Assembly (NCBI GenBank): GCA_048267165.1
Contig: JBLWYD010000012.1
Coordinates: 18,466-82,465 of the forward strand
Source of the DNA: Bacteroidota bacterium
GTDB taxonomy: Bacteria > Bacteroidota > Ignavibacteria > Kapaibacteriales > UBA2268
Length of the DNA stretch: 64,000 bases
Direction: 5' to 3'
The notes beneath the pieces were generated by a model. It was not told the origin of the DNA. It searched no databases and saw only the letters and a program-made list of their open reading frames with translations. Position numbers and translations under genes: made by a program. Below, in pieces: positions 1 through 8,952 of this stretch (its first letter is position 1; each line of letters opens with the position of its first letter).

Positions 1-1
1 C

Positions 2-367
2 TATAAGTTAATGGATGCAATGGAGCTTGAATATCCTGATAATAGTTTTGACTCTATCGGGCTTATCTTTTCGCATTTCCCATCAAAGATTAGATCTACT
101 TTTCATAAAAGATTAATTGATAGCTTGAAAGTAGGTGGTCATATAATATTAGAAGGATTCAGTAAAGAGCATTTGCAGTTCAGCGAAGAAAACCCCAAAG
201 CTGGCGGCCCAAGAAACATAGATATGCTATTCGATACAGAATCCATCTTAGATGATTTCAGTTCCTTAGAAACCCTACTAATAGAAGAAAAGATTGTACA
301 CCTTTCAGAAGGTGAGTTCCACCAAGGCGAAAGCTATGTGGTGCGGTTTGTAGGGAAGAAGGTGTAA
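2..367 (+). CDS. Class I SAM-dependent methyltransferase, C-terminal part (5' end outside window)
   Basis: Frame is open from the window edge (YKL-MDAM...). 'YPDNSFDSI...LKVGGHIILEGF...GGP...LSEGEFHQG' matches TehB-like methyltransferases. Confidence 0.8.
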   Translation, partial: YKLMDAMELEYPDNSFDSIGLIFSHFPSKIRSTFHKRLIDSLKVGGHIILEGFSKEHLQFSEENPKAGGPRNIDMLFDTESILDDFSSLETLLIEEKIVHLSEGEFHQGESYVVRFVGKKV

Positions 368-431
368 GGTACTAGATTATTTGTTTCCATAAATTTTTCT
401 TATTTTGAGTTTTAAATTTGAATCATAATCA

Positions 432-677
432 ATGTCACAAATAGAAAAACTATATTTCAGAATGAAAGCACTTGGCATAGCACAAGAGAGTTACTATCTA
501 CAAGGTTTATACGGCTCACTAACTGATGATAGTAAATTAGCATTAGTAATGAAAGAAGAGAACAAGTCTACTAAATACGAACTGTATTATAAAGAGAATG
601 GCGAAAAGCACGTAATTCAAATTTTTACTGATTTTGACATAGCTTCTAACTATTTTATAGAACAGTTGACAGAGTAA
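432..677 (+). CDS. Small hypothetical protein resembling polymorphic-toxin immunity proteins
   Basis: 81 aa. 'LGI..ESYYL.G...YELYYKENGEK....F.D...ASNYF..QL' resembles the 'W.VYY.ERG.K....F..E..AC.YF' pattern of small immunity proteins. Confidence 0.55.
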   Translation: MSQIEKLYFRMKALGIAQESYYLQGLYGSLTDDSKLALVMKEENKSTKYELYYKENGEKHVIQIFTDFDIASNYFIEQLTE

Positions 678-708
678 TAACTATTATCGGAAAAATGGGA
701 ATAAAACA

Positions 709-876
709 ATGAAATCAGCAAATCTAATAGCAATGGTATTAGGATTAATAAGCATAGTGTTAGGTATATACCAGATAGTAAATGGGAGTGAGTTCTCCGT
801 TTACTTCTTTAGTTTATTTGTAGGAGTTACTCTAGCTGGAGTAGGGTTTATCAATTACAAAAAGTTGGATCAATGA
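709..876 (+). CDS. Small two-TM membrane protein, 55 aa (absent from ORF track)
   Basis: Manual translation MKSANLIAMVLGLISIVLGIYQIVNGSEFSVYFFSLFVGVTLAGVGFINYKKLDQ*. It fills the gap, has an A-rich leader and an ATGA stop/start overlap with apt. Confidence 0.75.
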   Translation: MKSANLIAMVLGLISIVLGIYQIVNGSEFSVYFFSLFVGVTLAGVGFINYKKLDQ

Positions 877-1385
877 ACCTTCAAGACTACATCCGCGACA
901 TACCCGATTTCCCCAAACCGGGAATATTATTCAAAGATATAACTCCATTGCTAAGCGACCCTAAGGCGAGTAAATTCGCTCTCGACTCATTGCTTGAGCT
1001 AACTTCTGACTTGAAGATTGATAAAGTAGTTGGAATAGAAAGCAGAGGGTTTTTCTTTGCTACACTCTTAGCAGATAGACTTGGAGCAGGGTTCGTGCCT
1101 GTTCGTAAACCCAATAAGCTTCCATTCGATAAGATAAGCCAAGAGTTTGAATTAGAATATGGAACTGACCGACTGGAAATCCATAAAGATGCAATAAGCA
1201 AAGGCGAACGAGTGCTTGTACACGATGATGTACTAGCTACAGGAGGCACTGCCGAGGCGACTTGTAAGTTAGTGGAAGAACTTGGAGGGCAAATAGTTCA
1301 ATGCAATTTCTTGATTGAGCTCTCGTTTCTAAATGGAAGAGATAGGCTCAATAAGTACAATGTTGAATCATTGATTAAATATTAA
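873..1385 (+). CDS. apt: Adenine phosphoribosyltransferase
   Basis: IRDIPDFPKPGILFKDITPLL, GIESRGF, VRKPNKLP, LEYGTD and PRPP motif VHDDVLATGGT. Confidence 0.98.
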   Translation: MNLQDYIRDIPDFPKPGILFKDITPLLSDPKASKFALDSLLELTSDLKIDKVVGIESRGFFFATLLADRLGAGFVPVRKPNKLPFDKISQEFELEYGTDRLEIHKDAISKGERVLVHDDVLATGGTAEATCKLVEELGGQIVQCNFLIELSFLNGRDRLNKYNVESLIKY

Positions 1386-1401
1386 TAAATTAGAATAAAA
1401 T

Positions 1402-1863
1402 ATGAAAGAAATCGAAAAAGACGGAATGCGAATAATAGGTCTAGAGTTAGATGTTAAGACTATCAATTTGGATGGGCAATCAGCTATAGACATAACTAAG
1501 CTTTGGGGACAATTCGAGAAGCAACAGATTTACTCTAAGATTCCCAACAAAGTAAATAATGAAATTGTGGCTGTTTACTTCGATTATGAAGGTGATTATA
1601 CCGAGCCATTTTCATATATGATTGGTTGTGAAGTTACGGATGGAACTGAAGCACCAGAGGGTATGAAAAAGATTACAATCCCAAAAAGTAAGTATAGAAA
1701 GTTTCTAGCGAAAGGGAAAATGCCAGATTGCATTGGTGAAGTATGGCATCAGATATGGGGTACTGAACTGGATAGACCATACACTTACGATTTCGAGGTG
1801 TATGGAGAAAAAAGCCAGGACTTGGAAAACGCAGAAGTCGAAGTATTCATAGCAGTGAAGTAA
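1402..1863 (+). CDS. GyrI-like / AraC effector-binding domain protein
   Basis: 'I..LW.QF', 'VY.DYEGD....FSY.IGCEV', 'IP..KY.KF...G.MP..I...W..IW', 'R.YT.DFEVY'. Confidence 0.88.
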   Translation: MKEIEKDGMRIIGLELDVKTINLDGQSAIDITKLWGQFEKQQIYSKIPNKVNNEIVAVYFDYEGDYTEPFSYMIGCEVTDGTEAPEGMKKITIPKSKYRKFLAKGKMPDCIGEVWHQIWGTELDRPYTYDFEVYGEKSQDLENAEVEVFIAVK

Positions 1864-1949
1864 TAAACTCAAATTAGAATATTTCTTTTTTATCTAACTA
1901 TTAATTTCTTAATTTCTATCATCATAGATTGAAATGGGAATAATACTAG

Positions 1950-4286
1950 ATGAACAACAAAGAACAATTAGACAGTTTACTGAAACGGATAGAACTTCTA
2001 TCCGACAAACAGTCCTATTTCAATCAGGAATTGAAATCACTACGAACGGAACTTTATAATCTCCGATATGCTAATAACGATGAAGAGGTAGTAAAAGAGA
2101 AAGTTCAGAACGTCCCCCCAACTTCTAAAATAGAACACCAAGTGCCATCGGGCTACAAGCCGCAAAGTATTCCATATCCAAAGACAACCAATGTAAAGAG
2201 AGAAGAAGTTCGTAATGAGCCGAAGGCTATCAATAGGAGCATGGAGAAGTTTATAGGTGAGAATCTAATAAACAAAATCGGCATTATAATACTAGTTATT
2301 GGTGTTGGGATTGGTGCTAAATATGCTATTGACAATCAGCTAATTAGCCCACTTACAAGAATCATTCTTGGTTATTTAGTTGGACTTGGCTTGTTAGCTA
2401 CAGCCTATAAACTGAAAGAAAAATTCACGGATTTGAGTGGAGTATTGCTTAGTGGTTCTATGGCCGTGATGTACTTTATCACTTTCTTTGCTTATAGTCT
2501 ATATAGCTTGATGCCGCAGGTAGTTGCCTTTCTGCTAATGTTTGTGTTTACAGTATTTACAGTACTCGCCTCCTTGCATTTCAGGCGGGAAATAATCTCA
2601 ATAATCGGGTTAGTAGGCGCATATTTCGTACCATTCTTGCTGAGCAATAACTCTGGTCAAGTTGAGATTATGTACGGCTATATGCTGCTAATCAACCTCG
2701 GTGTGCTCTATATTGCATACAAGCAATACTGGAAGATTCTCAAAGTATCTTCATTTGCAATTACTTGGCTTATATATACTAGCTGGTTTTTCGCATCATA
2801 TAAAGAAGAGCAATTCCTAATCGCATCTATATTTATTGCTGTATTTTTCTTGATATTCCATGTATCAACTGTTCTTAATAGTTTCAATAAGAAATCGGAA
2901 AATAGCTCTTTAGATATAATTCTGACATTGATAAACTCACTCATCTTTTATTCGATTGGTTCAGCACTAATATATGATAGATTTGAAACTAATGAATCAC
3001 TTTCCATATTTACTGTTATCAATGCGTTAATCTTTTTTATTACTGTACTCTCAATTCGTGATAAAGAGCAATCGGACAGGAATTTATTCTATATTTTCTT
3101 AGGACTAGTACTCTCATTTCTGACTATAGTAATCCCAATTCAGTTTGAAGGTAGTTGGATTACAATCCTTTGGGCTGGACAGGCCGTTGCATTATTCTGG
3201 ATTGGTCAAAACAAAGATCTGAAATTTTTCACTCGAGCGGGTGTATTATTAATATTCCTAGCTACTGTAAGTTTAACTATTGATTGGGGTAGTTTCACTG
3301 ATTATGGGCGAGGTTTCGACAATCACCAAGTCACTTTCTTATTCAATATCTACTTCCTGACTTCGGTATTATATGCTATTTCACTAGGCCTAATAGTATA
3401 TATTACGAGAGGTAAAGCCGCAGAAGGACGCACAAATATTGGGATAATGAATCTGAGTTTATACAGCATATTACCAGTATTTTTAGTCTTCACTCTTTAT
3501 TATATGTTCTATCTTGAGATACAAGTTTATTGGGAGCAATTATTCTATTCAACAAAATTAGTAGTGACACAAGAAGGTAGGGATTATGAACAAACAATAT
3601 ACAATTGGAATTATGAGAACCTGAAAACAGCTTGGCTCTTCGTTTATAGTATAGTCTTCGTTGCAGGACTAATATTAGTGAATAGGTTCAAACTGAAAAA
3701 TCAGTACCTCACGAAAGCAACTGTTTTCATTGGGGTTGGAGTGTGTTTCATATTCCTAATAGGTGGTTTGTATAACCTAAGTTTACTACGAGACAAGTAT
3801 ATACTCAATAATTTGGATGAGTATTTCTCAATCGGATTTATGAATATAGCTTTACGATATATATCATTAGCGGCTCTAGGAGTATTGGCATATCTGACTA
3901 CAATCGAATCAAAAGTATTCAGTTCAATTAGTAATTATGCAGTTTACAAAGACATTGCTATTCACACTATTCTCGTCTGGCTGTTGAGCAGTGAATTGAT
4001 ACATTGGTTAGATATGTATTCGGGTGCCGCATCATACAAATTGGGACTAAGTATTCTTTGGGGACTTTATTCATTAATGCTTATTATCTTGGGAATCTGG
4101 AAAGTCAAAAAGCATATTAGATTAGCTGGGTTTTCATTGTTCTCGCTTACTTTGCTAAAACTATTCTTCTATGATATTACGTCACTAGATACAATTTCTA
4201 AAACAATTATATTCGTAATTATTGGACTGCTAATGCTATTCGCTTCATATTTATACAACCGCTATCAAGGAAAAATAGATGGTTAG
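1950..4286 (+). CDS. DUF2339-family multi-pass membrane protein
   Basis: N-terminal coiled coil, 'EKFIGENLINKIGI.ILVIGV.IG.KYAID', ~20 TM segments, C-terminal 'KLFFYDI..L.TISKTI.F'. Confidence 0.88.
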   Translation: MNNKEQLDSLLKRIELLSDKQSYFNQELKSLRTELYNLRYANNDEEVVKEKVQNVPPTSKIEHQVPSGYKPQSIPYPKTTNVKREEVRNEPKAINRSMEKFIGENLINKIGIIILVIGVGIGAKYAIDNQLISPLTRIILGYLVGLGLLATAYKLKEKFTDLSGVLLSGSMAVMYFITFFAYSLYSLMPQVVAFLLMFVFTVFTVLASLHFRREIISIIGLVGAYFVPFLLSNNSGQVEIMYGYMLLINLGVLYIAYKQYWKILKVSSFAITWLIYTSWFFASYKEEQFLIASIFIAVFFLIFHVSTVLNSFNKKSENSSLDIILTLINSLIFYSIGSALIYDRFETNESLSIFTVINALIFFITVLSIRDKEQSDRNLFYIFLGLVLSFLTIVIPIQFEGSWITILWAGQAVALFWIGQNKDLKFFTRAGVLLIFLATVSLTIDWGSFTDYGRGFDNHQVTFLFNIYFLTSVLYAISLGLIVYITRGKAAEGRTNIGIMNLSLYSILPVFLVFTLYYMFYLEIQVYWEQLFYSTKLVVTQEGRDYEQTIYNWNYENLKTAWLFVYSIVFVAGLILVNRFKLKNQYLTKATVFIGVGVCFIFLIGGLYNLSLLRDKYILNNLDEYFSIGFMNIALRYISLAALGVLAYLTTIESKVFSSISNYAVYKDIAIHTILVWLLSSELIHWLDMYSGAASYKLGLSILWGLYSLMLIILGIWKVKKHIRLAGFSLFSLTLLKLFFYDITSLDTISKTIIFVIIGLLMLFASYLYNRYQGKIDG

Positions 4287-5514
4287 AAATTTGTCATTTA
4301 TTCTAGTATTTCTATTTAGCGTTAGTTTACTCGCTGATAGTTCTAGCTTACAGACCGTAGGTTACAAACTAAATAAGGTCGAAAAAGGCTGGAACAGGTT
4401 GGAATTAGATGATGAGCTCTTAATGAATATGAGTTCTATCAACACCTACATAAAAGTCAATCTGATAGATAGCACTAATGACACACTCGAAGTTCCTTAC
4501 ATAATAGAGAGTTCTAAAAAGCTAGATTCGACAGTAAGAATACCTGTAGAAATAATAAATAAGACTACTAAAGATGGCAGAAAATACTACACTCTAATCG
4601 CTGATTCTACACAGATTATCTCTAATTTGGAGTTCTCATTTACGAGTAGGAATAATCTAGGTAAAGCGAGTCTTGAAGGAAGTAATAATCAGACAGATTG
4701 GTTTATGATTTCCGATAGTTTATTGCTTGGTGAAAGACAGAACAGCCATCAGAAGATATCAAGCAAGACAATCTATGATTTGCAGACGCTATATAAGTTC
4801 TATCGACTGAGTTTGGATGAATCTAAATCTGAACTCAAAAGCGTTACTTATGAAAAGATATATAGAACCACACCCAATTATAAAAAGCTACACGTAAAGC
4901 ATCTAAAATATAGAACTGATAAAGATAAAAATCGGACTATATATAGATTTAGTTTGAATGGGCGTTTACCTATCCATTACATTAACTTAGATATTCAAAA
5001 TAAATTCGATTATAACCGAACTGTTAATCTATTTGCATTAGTGGATAGCACTGAGACGGACAAAGGGACTAAGCATAATTACAAACTAATAGAGACTTTT
5101 CAGCTCAATTCTCTGGACTCAACTAACTATGCTTTCAGCTACCCAGAGCATTATCAGCATTACAAAATTGTAATTCTTAATGGTAATGACCCACCTCTGA
5201 AAATAGGAAGGCTGGCCGCGTATAGACACGAATATATTCTGAAGGCAAGGTTCGACGACGAAGGTGACAGTTTCATCCGTATTGCTTACACTGGCAGTTT
5301 TCCTTACTATGATATAGATAAGTTCAAGGACAGAATCCCAAGCGAAATGAATGAGATGCAAATAGGGAAGAAAATAGAAGTTGAAATAACAAAGCAAGAA
5401 GTAAAACCATTAGTAACAAATAAACTTTGGCTCTGGTTAATACTAGTAATTGCTATATTTGTAATTGGGTTCTTTAGTTTAAAAATGTTAAAAGAAGAAA
5501 AAAAGAAGGAATAA
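4279..5514 (+). CDS. DUF3999-like exported protein with C-terminal membrane anchor
   Basis: Signal peptide, 'EVPY', 'LEGSNN', 'I.NGND.PL.I', 'P.YDI..F' and C-terminal TM; usual neighbour of DUF2339. Confidence 0.7.
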   Translation: MVRNLSFILVFLFSVSLLADSSSLQTVGYKLNKVEKGWNRLELDDELLMNMSSINTYIKVNLIDSTNDTLEVPYIIESSKKLDSTVRIPVEIINKTTKDGRKYYTLIADSTQIISNLEFSFTSRNNLGKASLEGSNNQTDWFMISDSLLLGERQNSHQKISSKTIYDLQTLYKFYRLSLDESKSELKSVTYEKIYRTTPNYKKLHVKHLKYRTDKDKNRTIYRFSLNGRLPIHYINLDIQNKFDYNRTVNLFALVDSTETDKGTKHNYKLIETFQLNSLDSTNYAFSYPEHYQHYKIVILNGNDPPLKIGRLAAYRHEYILKARFDDEGDSFIRIAYTGSFPYYDIDKFKDRIPSEMNEMQIGKKIEVEITKQEVKPLVTNKLWLWLILVIAIFVIGFFSLKMLKEEKKKE

Positions 5515-5903
5515 TGGACATATTCAAAATAATAAGATATACTATTGAAGTACTGTTCGTAGTATTGATATTAGGGATGACATTCATAGGAATTGATGAC
5601 CTAGTAATTGACAATGACATAATTTATACAATGCTAATGTCATTTATATTCATACTTATGGCTGTGGAAGATAGGATAGTTGGGGCGATATACTCCAAGA
5701 AAAAAGATACAGAACCAGAAGAATACAATAACACCAAGAAAGGGCTAGTCTCTACTTCATTGCTAACTTTCCTTCTAGGCATAGTAGTCCTGATATTATC
5801 TCCGTTTGATGTTCATTCTAATTCTATACTCTTGAAATTATTTTTTACACTGTCTATATTTTCTAGCGTAAGTATGACATTCTACAAAATCACAAAGGGC
5901 TAA
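5514..5903 (+). CDS. Hypothetical 4-TM membrane protein
   Basis: Four hydrophobic segments; overlaps upstream stop (TAATG). Confidence 0.65.
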   Translation: MDIFKIIRYTIEVLFVVLILGMTFIGIDDLVIDNDIIYTMLMSFIFILMAVEDRIVGAIYSKKKDTEPEEYNNTKKGLVSTSLLTFLLGIVVLILSPFDVHSNSILLKLFFTLSIFSSVSMTFYKITKG

Positions 5904-5905
5904 GT

Positions 5906-6490
5906 ATGGTTGAAATAACAGAGTCCAATTATCACGAAGAAGTAGAATTCAAGAATCTAGATTATTCAAAGCAAAAGTTAGTTGGGGTAAAATTTGAGCT
6001 TTGCACTTTTATAAACTGCGATTTTAGCAACTCCGATATGGCAGACAGCACATTCGTGGAATGTACGTTTGTCAACTGTAATCTAAGCTTGACGAATGTA
6101 ACAAAGACGGCATTCAACGAAGTCCGCTTTGCTAAGTGCAAGCTATTAGGAATAGACTTCAGTAAATGCCGAGAATTCCTATTATCATTCAGCTTTACAG
6201 ATTGTATTCTCAGTTCTTGTTCATTCTCTAATCTGAAAATAGGTGGTACACAATTCGATAAGTGTATTATGCATGACTCTCAATTCGTCAATACCGAACT
6301 AATCGGCTGTTCGTTCGATGATTGTGACTTACGTGATGCTTTCTTCGATCATTCAACCTTGAATAAAGCTGACTTTAGGAACGCAAATAACTATGCAATA
6401 GACCCAGAAATAAACCGAATGAAAGGAGCTATCTTCTCCCGAATTGGTTTGGAAGGATTACTGGTAAAGTATGGGATGGATATAAGGTGA
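5906..6490 (+). CDS. Pentapeptide-repeat protein
   Basis: Tandem (C/S/A)-(D/T/N)-(F/L)-x-x pentads; C-terminal 'IDPE.N.MKGA.FS..GL.GLL'. Confidence 0.92.
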   Translation: MVEITESNYHEEVEFKNLDYSKQKLVGVKFELCTFINCDFSNSDMADSTFVECTFVNCNLSLTNVTKTAFNEVRFAKCKLLGIDFSKCREFLLSFSFTDCILSSCSFSNLKIGGTQFDKCIMHDSQFVNTELIGCSFDDCDLRDAFFDHSTLNKADFRNANNYAIDPEINRMKGAIFSRIGLEGLLVKYGMDIR

Positions 6491-6503
6491 GAGACATATT
6501 TTG

Positions 6504-6811
6504 CGTCACTCAGAGCGTAGCGCTTGTATTGAGCGGAGTCGAAATAAAGAGTCTTGAGAACTCCATTAGGAGTTCAATATCAGTAGCAATTATTTCTTAT
6601 AAAATTAAGACAACTCCGTCAGGAGTTGAATAATTTAATGTTCTACTCCTACGGAGTAGATGTCTATATAACTACGATATAGCTACTAACATTATATCCC
6701 TACGGGATATTAACTTCAATAAATCGGTCGCTTCGCTAAGTTATGAAAGACGCGATGGATTTGAAGTCGTATGCACTTTGGAGTCACTCAACATAAATAA
6801 TACGTCTCTAC
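6504..6811. repeat. Cluster of REP/REPIN-like palindromic elements between convergent genes
   Basis: Hairpins aactccattaggagtt (6559), caactccgtcaggagttg (6611), tctactcctacggagtaga (6642) and atatccctacgggatat (6694). The cgtcactcagagc...aagagtct element (6504-6554) is related to 31659-31704. Confidence 0.7.
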
Positions 6812-6869
6812 GCTTCATCGAAAAAAGATTAGTCATACAATTCAACAATTGGTATCGAAATCACTTTCT

Positions 6870-7634
6870 CTAAAAAGGAATAGAGAGATTAAACCGCATC
6901 GGTTCGAATTCGTTAGTATTAGTTACTGGCTTATCTTTGTGAAGTTCTGTTGTCAGATAAGCAATACCGCTGCCCACCAACGCACCAACTAGTACATCGG
7001 AGAAGAAGTGCTTGGCAGCCATTACTCTAAGAGTCGCAATTGCCGTGGCATTCACTATATTAAGTGTCACACCTATCGTTTTGTTCAGTCCTCCACTTTG
7101 GCTAGTTAGTATTATTATATTGAAAACAGCTGAGGCAAAAGCAGTCGAGGAATGCCCAGAGTAGAATGAGTACCGAGTATCATAATCATATAACACATTC
7201 TCAACTGTAGCAGTATCATAAGAGAATGGGCGATATCTACCAACTAATGATTTGGTAATAGAGTTTAATCCATAATTGAGCGACATCGTTTCCAGATACA
7301 TAATAGCATTTGTTTGAAACTGAGATTTATACTCCGAAGCAAAGGAATATGTTAGTGGCGAGATAAATTGCAAAGCTAGAAGAATATCACTAACCTCAGC
7401 ATAGGTGGGATTATAAGAAGTATTCCATCTATCGAAAAAAGGGATATTCAGTCTATCAATTCCTGCGAAATCATCATTCGTCAGAGGTTCATTCTCGTAA
7501 GTCAAAACATTACCAACTGATGCACCTAAAACACCCAAAGGCAGTAATATCATATCAGTCTTTGCATCCAACGAGAATTGAGCATTCAGATTGAATGAAC
7601 TAAAGAGCAGTATGGCGATTATTATAATCCGCAT
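6870..7634 (-). CDS. PAP2-family phosphatase with signal peptide
   Basis: C1 KSLVGRYRP, C2 SFYSGH, C3 RVMAAKHFFSD. Confidence 0.9.
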   Translation of the reverse strand: MRIIIIAILLFSSFNLNAQFSLDAKTDMILLPLGVLGASVGNVLTYENEPLTNDDFAGIDRLNIPFFDRWNTSYNPTYAEVSDILLALQFISPLTYSFASEYKSQFQTNAIMYLETMSLNYGLNSITKSLVGRYRPFSYDTATVENVLYDYDTRYSFYSGHSSTAFASAVFNIIILTSQSGGLNKTIGVTLNIVNATAIATLRVMAAKHFFSDVLVGALVGSGIAYLTTELHKDKPVTNTNEFEPMRFNLSIPF

Positions 7635-8809
7635 GCTTGTATATATAATCTGTTATTAATAACGCCAAGAGATTCGTATTCATTCATTCGCCAGTTAAAT
7701 CGGACAACACTAGTGTAATCCATCATAGCTCCAGCATAAAGTATTTGGGTTTCCAAATCCCTGACTACAAGAGAAGTAGAAGTAGCATAAGCTAATGAAT
7801 TTGACTTTGGTTTGCGAGCATAAACCCCATTAAGAAATATACCATTTGGTGCCCTAATTTGCTTACCATTTACGACCAAGTTACAATCGATAGTACAAGC
7901 AATAAAGTACATCTCGCTACCATCATAAGAAAAGCTAGGGACTGAGTTCTCCCTACCACCAGAATATTCCACCGAGTTGAAAACAACTATTTCATTATTC
8001 TGTAGATCTATCGCCTTATAAGCCAACATTGGTTCGTGTGGGTGAATAGCCAAACCTGTTATCATATTGTAATTCCTTCCAGTCTGTGGTTCACTCATTT
8101 TATCGCTTATTAACACTGCCTCATATCTACCAAATGAAAGCGTAGCAATAAACGCAAGATAATCGCCTGTGAGGTTTATTCTAACCTCAGATATGTTCTG
8201 ATATATATTTGAAGACCTCTCATCTCCTATGAAGACAGACCAAGTAGAGCCATCGTAAGCGGCATAAGCGAACCTATCATCATGCCAATAGCCAATAGGG
8301 ATAATATCTTGGAAACTCTCGGAGATTTTTCCATCATTGAAGATTGTTTTTATCCCTCCCCTACTCTCTACGAATGCGAACTTATCGCCAGTATTATTCA
8401 CAAACAATGAACCACTTCTAAATCTCATCTGGAGAGTATCAGTCTCCGAGACTATGAATTCGTTATCTGCTCTGAAAAAAGAGTATATCATCTTTTGTGA
8501 ATCGGAACCAAAAAGAATAGTACCTGGGTTATCTGCTAGTACCTGTACAATTTTGTCATTTGTAACTAGATTCCAACCGCCCATATCTTTGGCAAAAAAT
8601 GCCCATTTTTCTCCATCGGGTGAGAACTGTGGTTTTGATAGCTCTAGGTAATTATCAGAAACATATTCATTGATGTGCATTTTCTGTCTATTAGAGAAAG
8701 ATTGCGTAGTAGCCCACCAATTATATGTTGTGTCAAACCCAAAATCTACGAGGTCTTCACTGCCATCTAGTAATCGAACTTCATAACACTTGTCAGCTTT
8801 TACTGACAA
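7622..8809 (-). CDS. Exported WD40/TolB-like beta-propeller protein (start uncertain)
   Basis: 'PQFSPDGEKWAFFA', 'PSFSYDGSEMYFIA' and repeated 'G..FAF/Y.A' blades; frame is open to 8866 with a signal-like stretch. Confidence 0.65.
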   Translation of the reverse strand: MSVKADKCYEVRLLDGSEDLVDFGFDTTYNWWATTQSFSNRQKMHINEYVSDNYLELSKPQFSPDGEKWAFFAKDMGGWNLVTNDKIVQVLADNPGTILFGSDSQKMIYSFFRADNEFIVSETDTLQMRFRSGSLFVNNTGDKFAFVESRGGIKTIFNDGKISESFQDIIPIGYWHDDRFAYAAYDGSTWSVFIGDERSSNIYQNISEVRINLTGDYLAFIATLSFGRYEAVLISDKMSEPQTGRNYNMITGLAIHPHEPMLAYKAIDLQNNEIVVFNSVEYSGGRENSVPSFSYDGSEMYFIACTIDCNLVVNGKQIRAPNGIFLNGVYARKPKSNSLAYATSTSLVVRDLETQILYAGAMMDYTSVVRFNWRMNEYESLGVINNRLYIQACGL

Positions 8810-8952
8810 AAAGAGGTTGAAAAATAGAAAAATTATGATTAAGTTGTAATAAATGTGATTTCTCTTTTAAAAATTTAACTTTTGGTGTAATTATTTGAAC
8901 TTTTGACTGTCTTTACAATATCTAATATAACAAAATCTCTAAGGAATTTATT

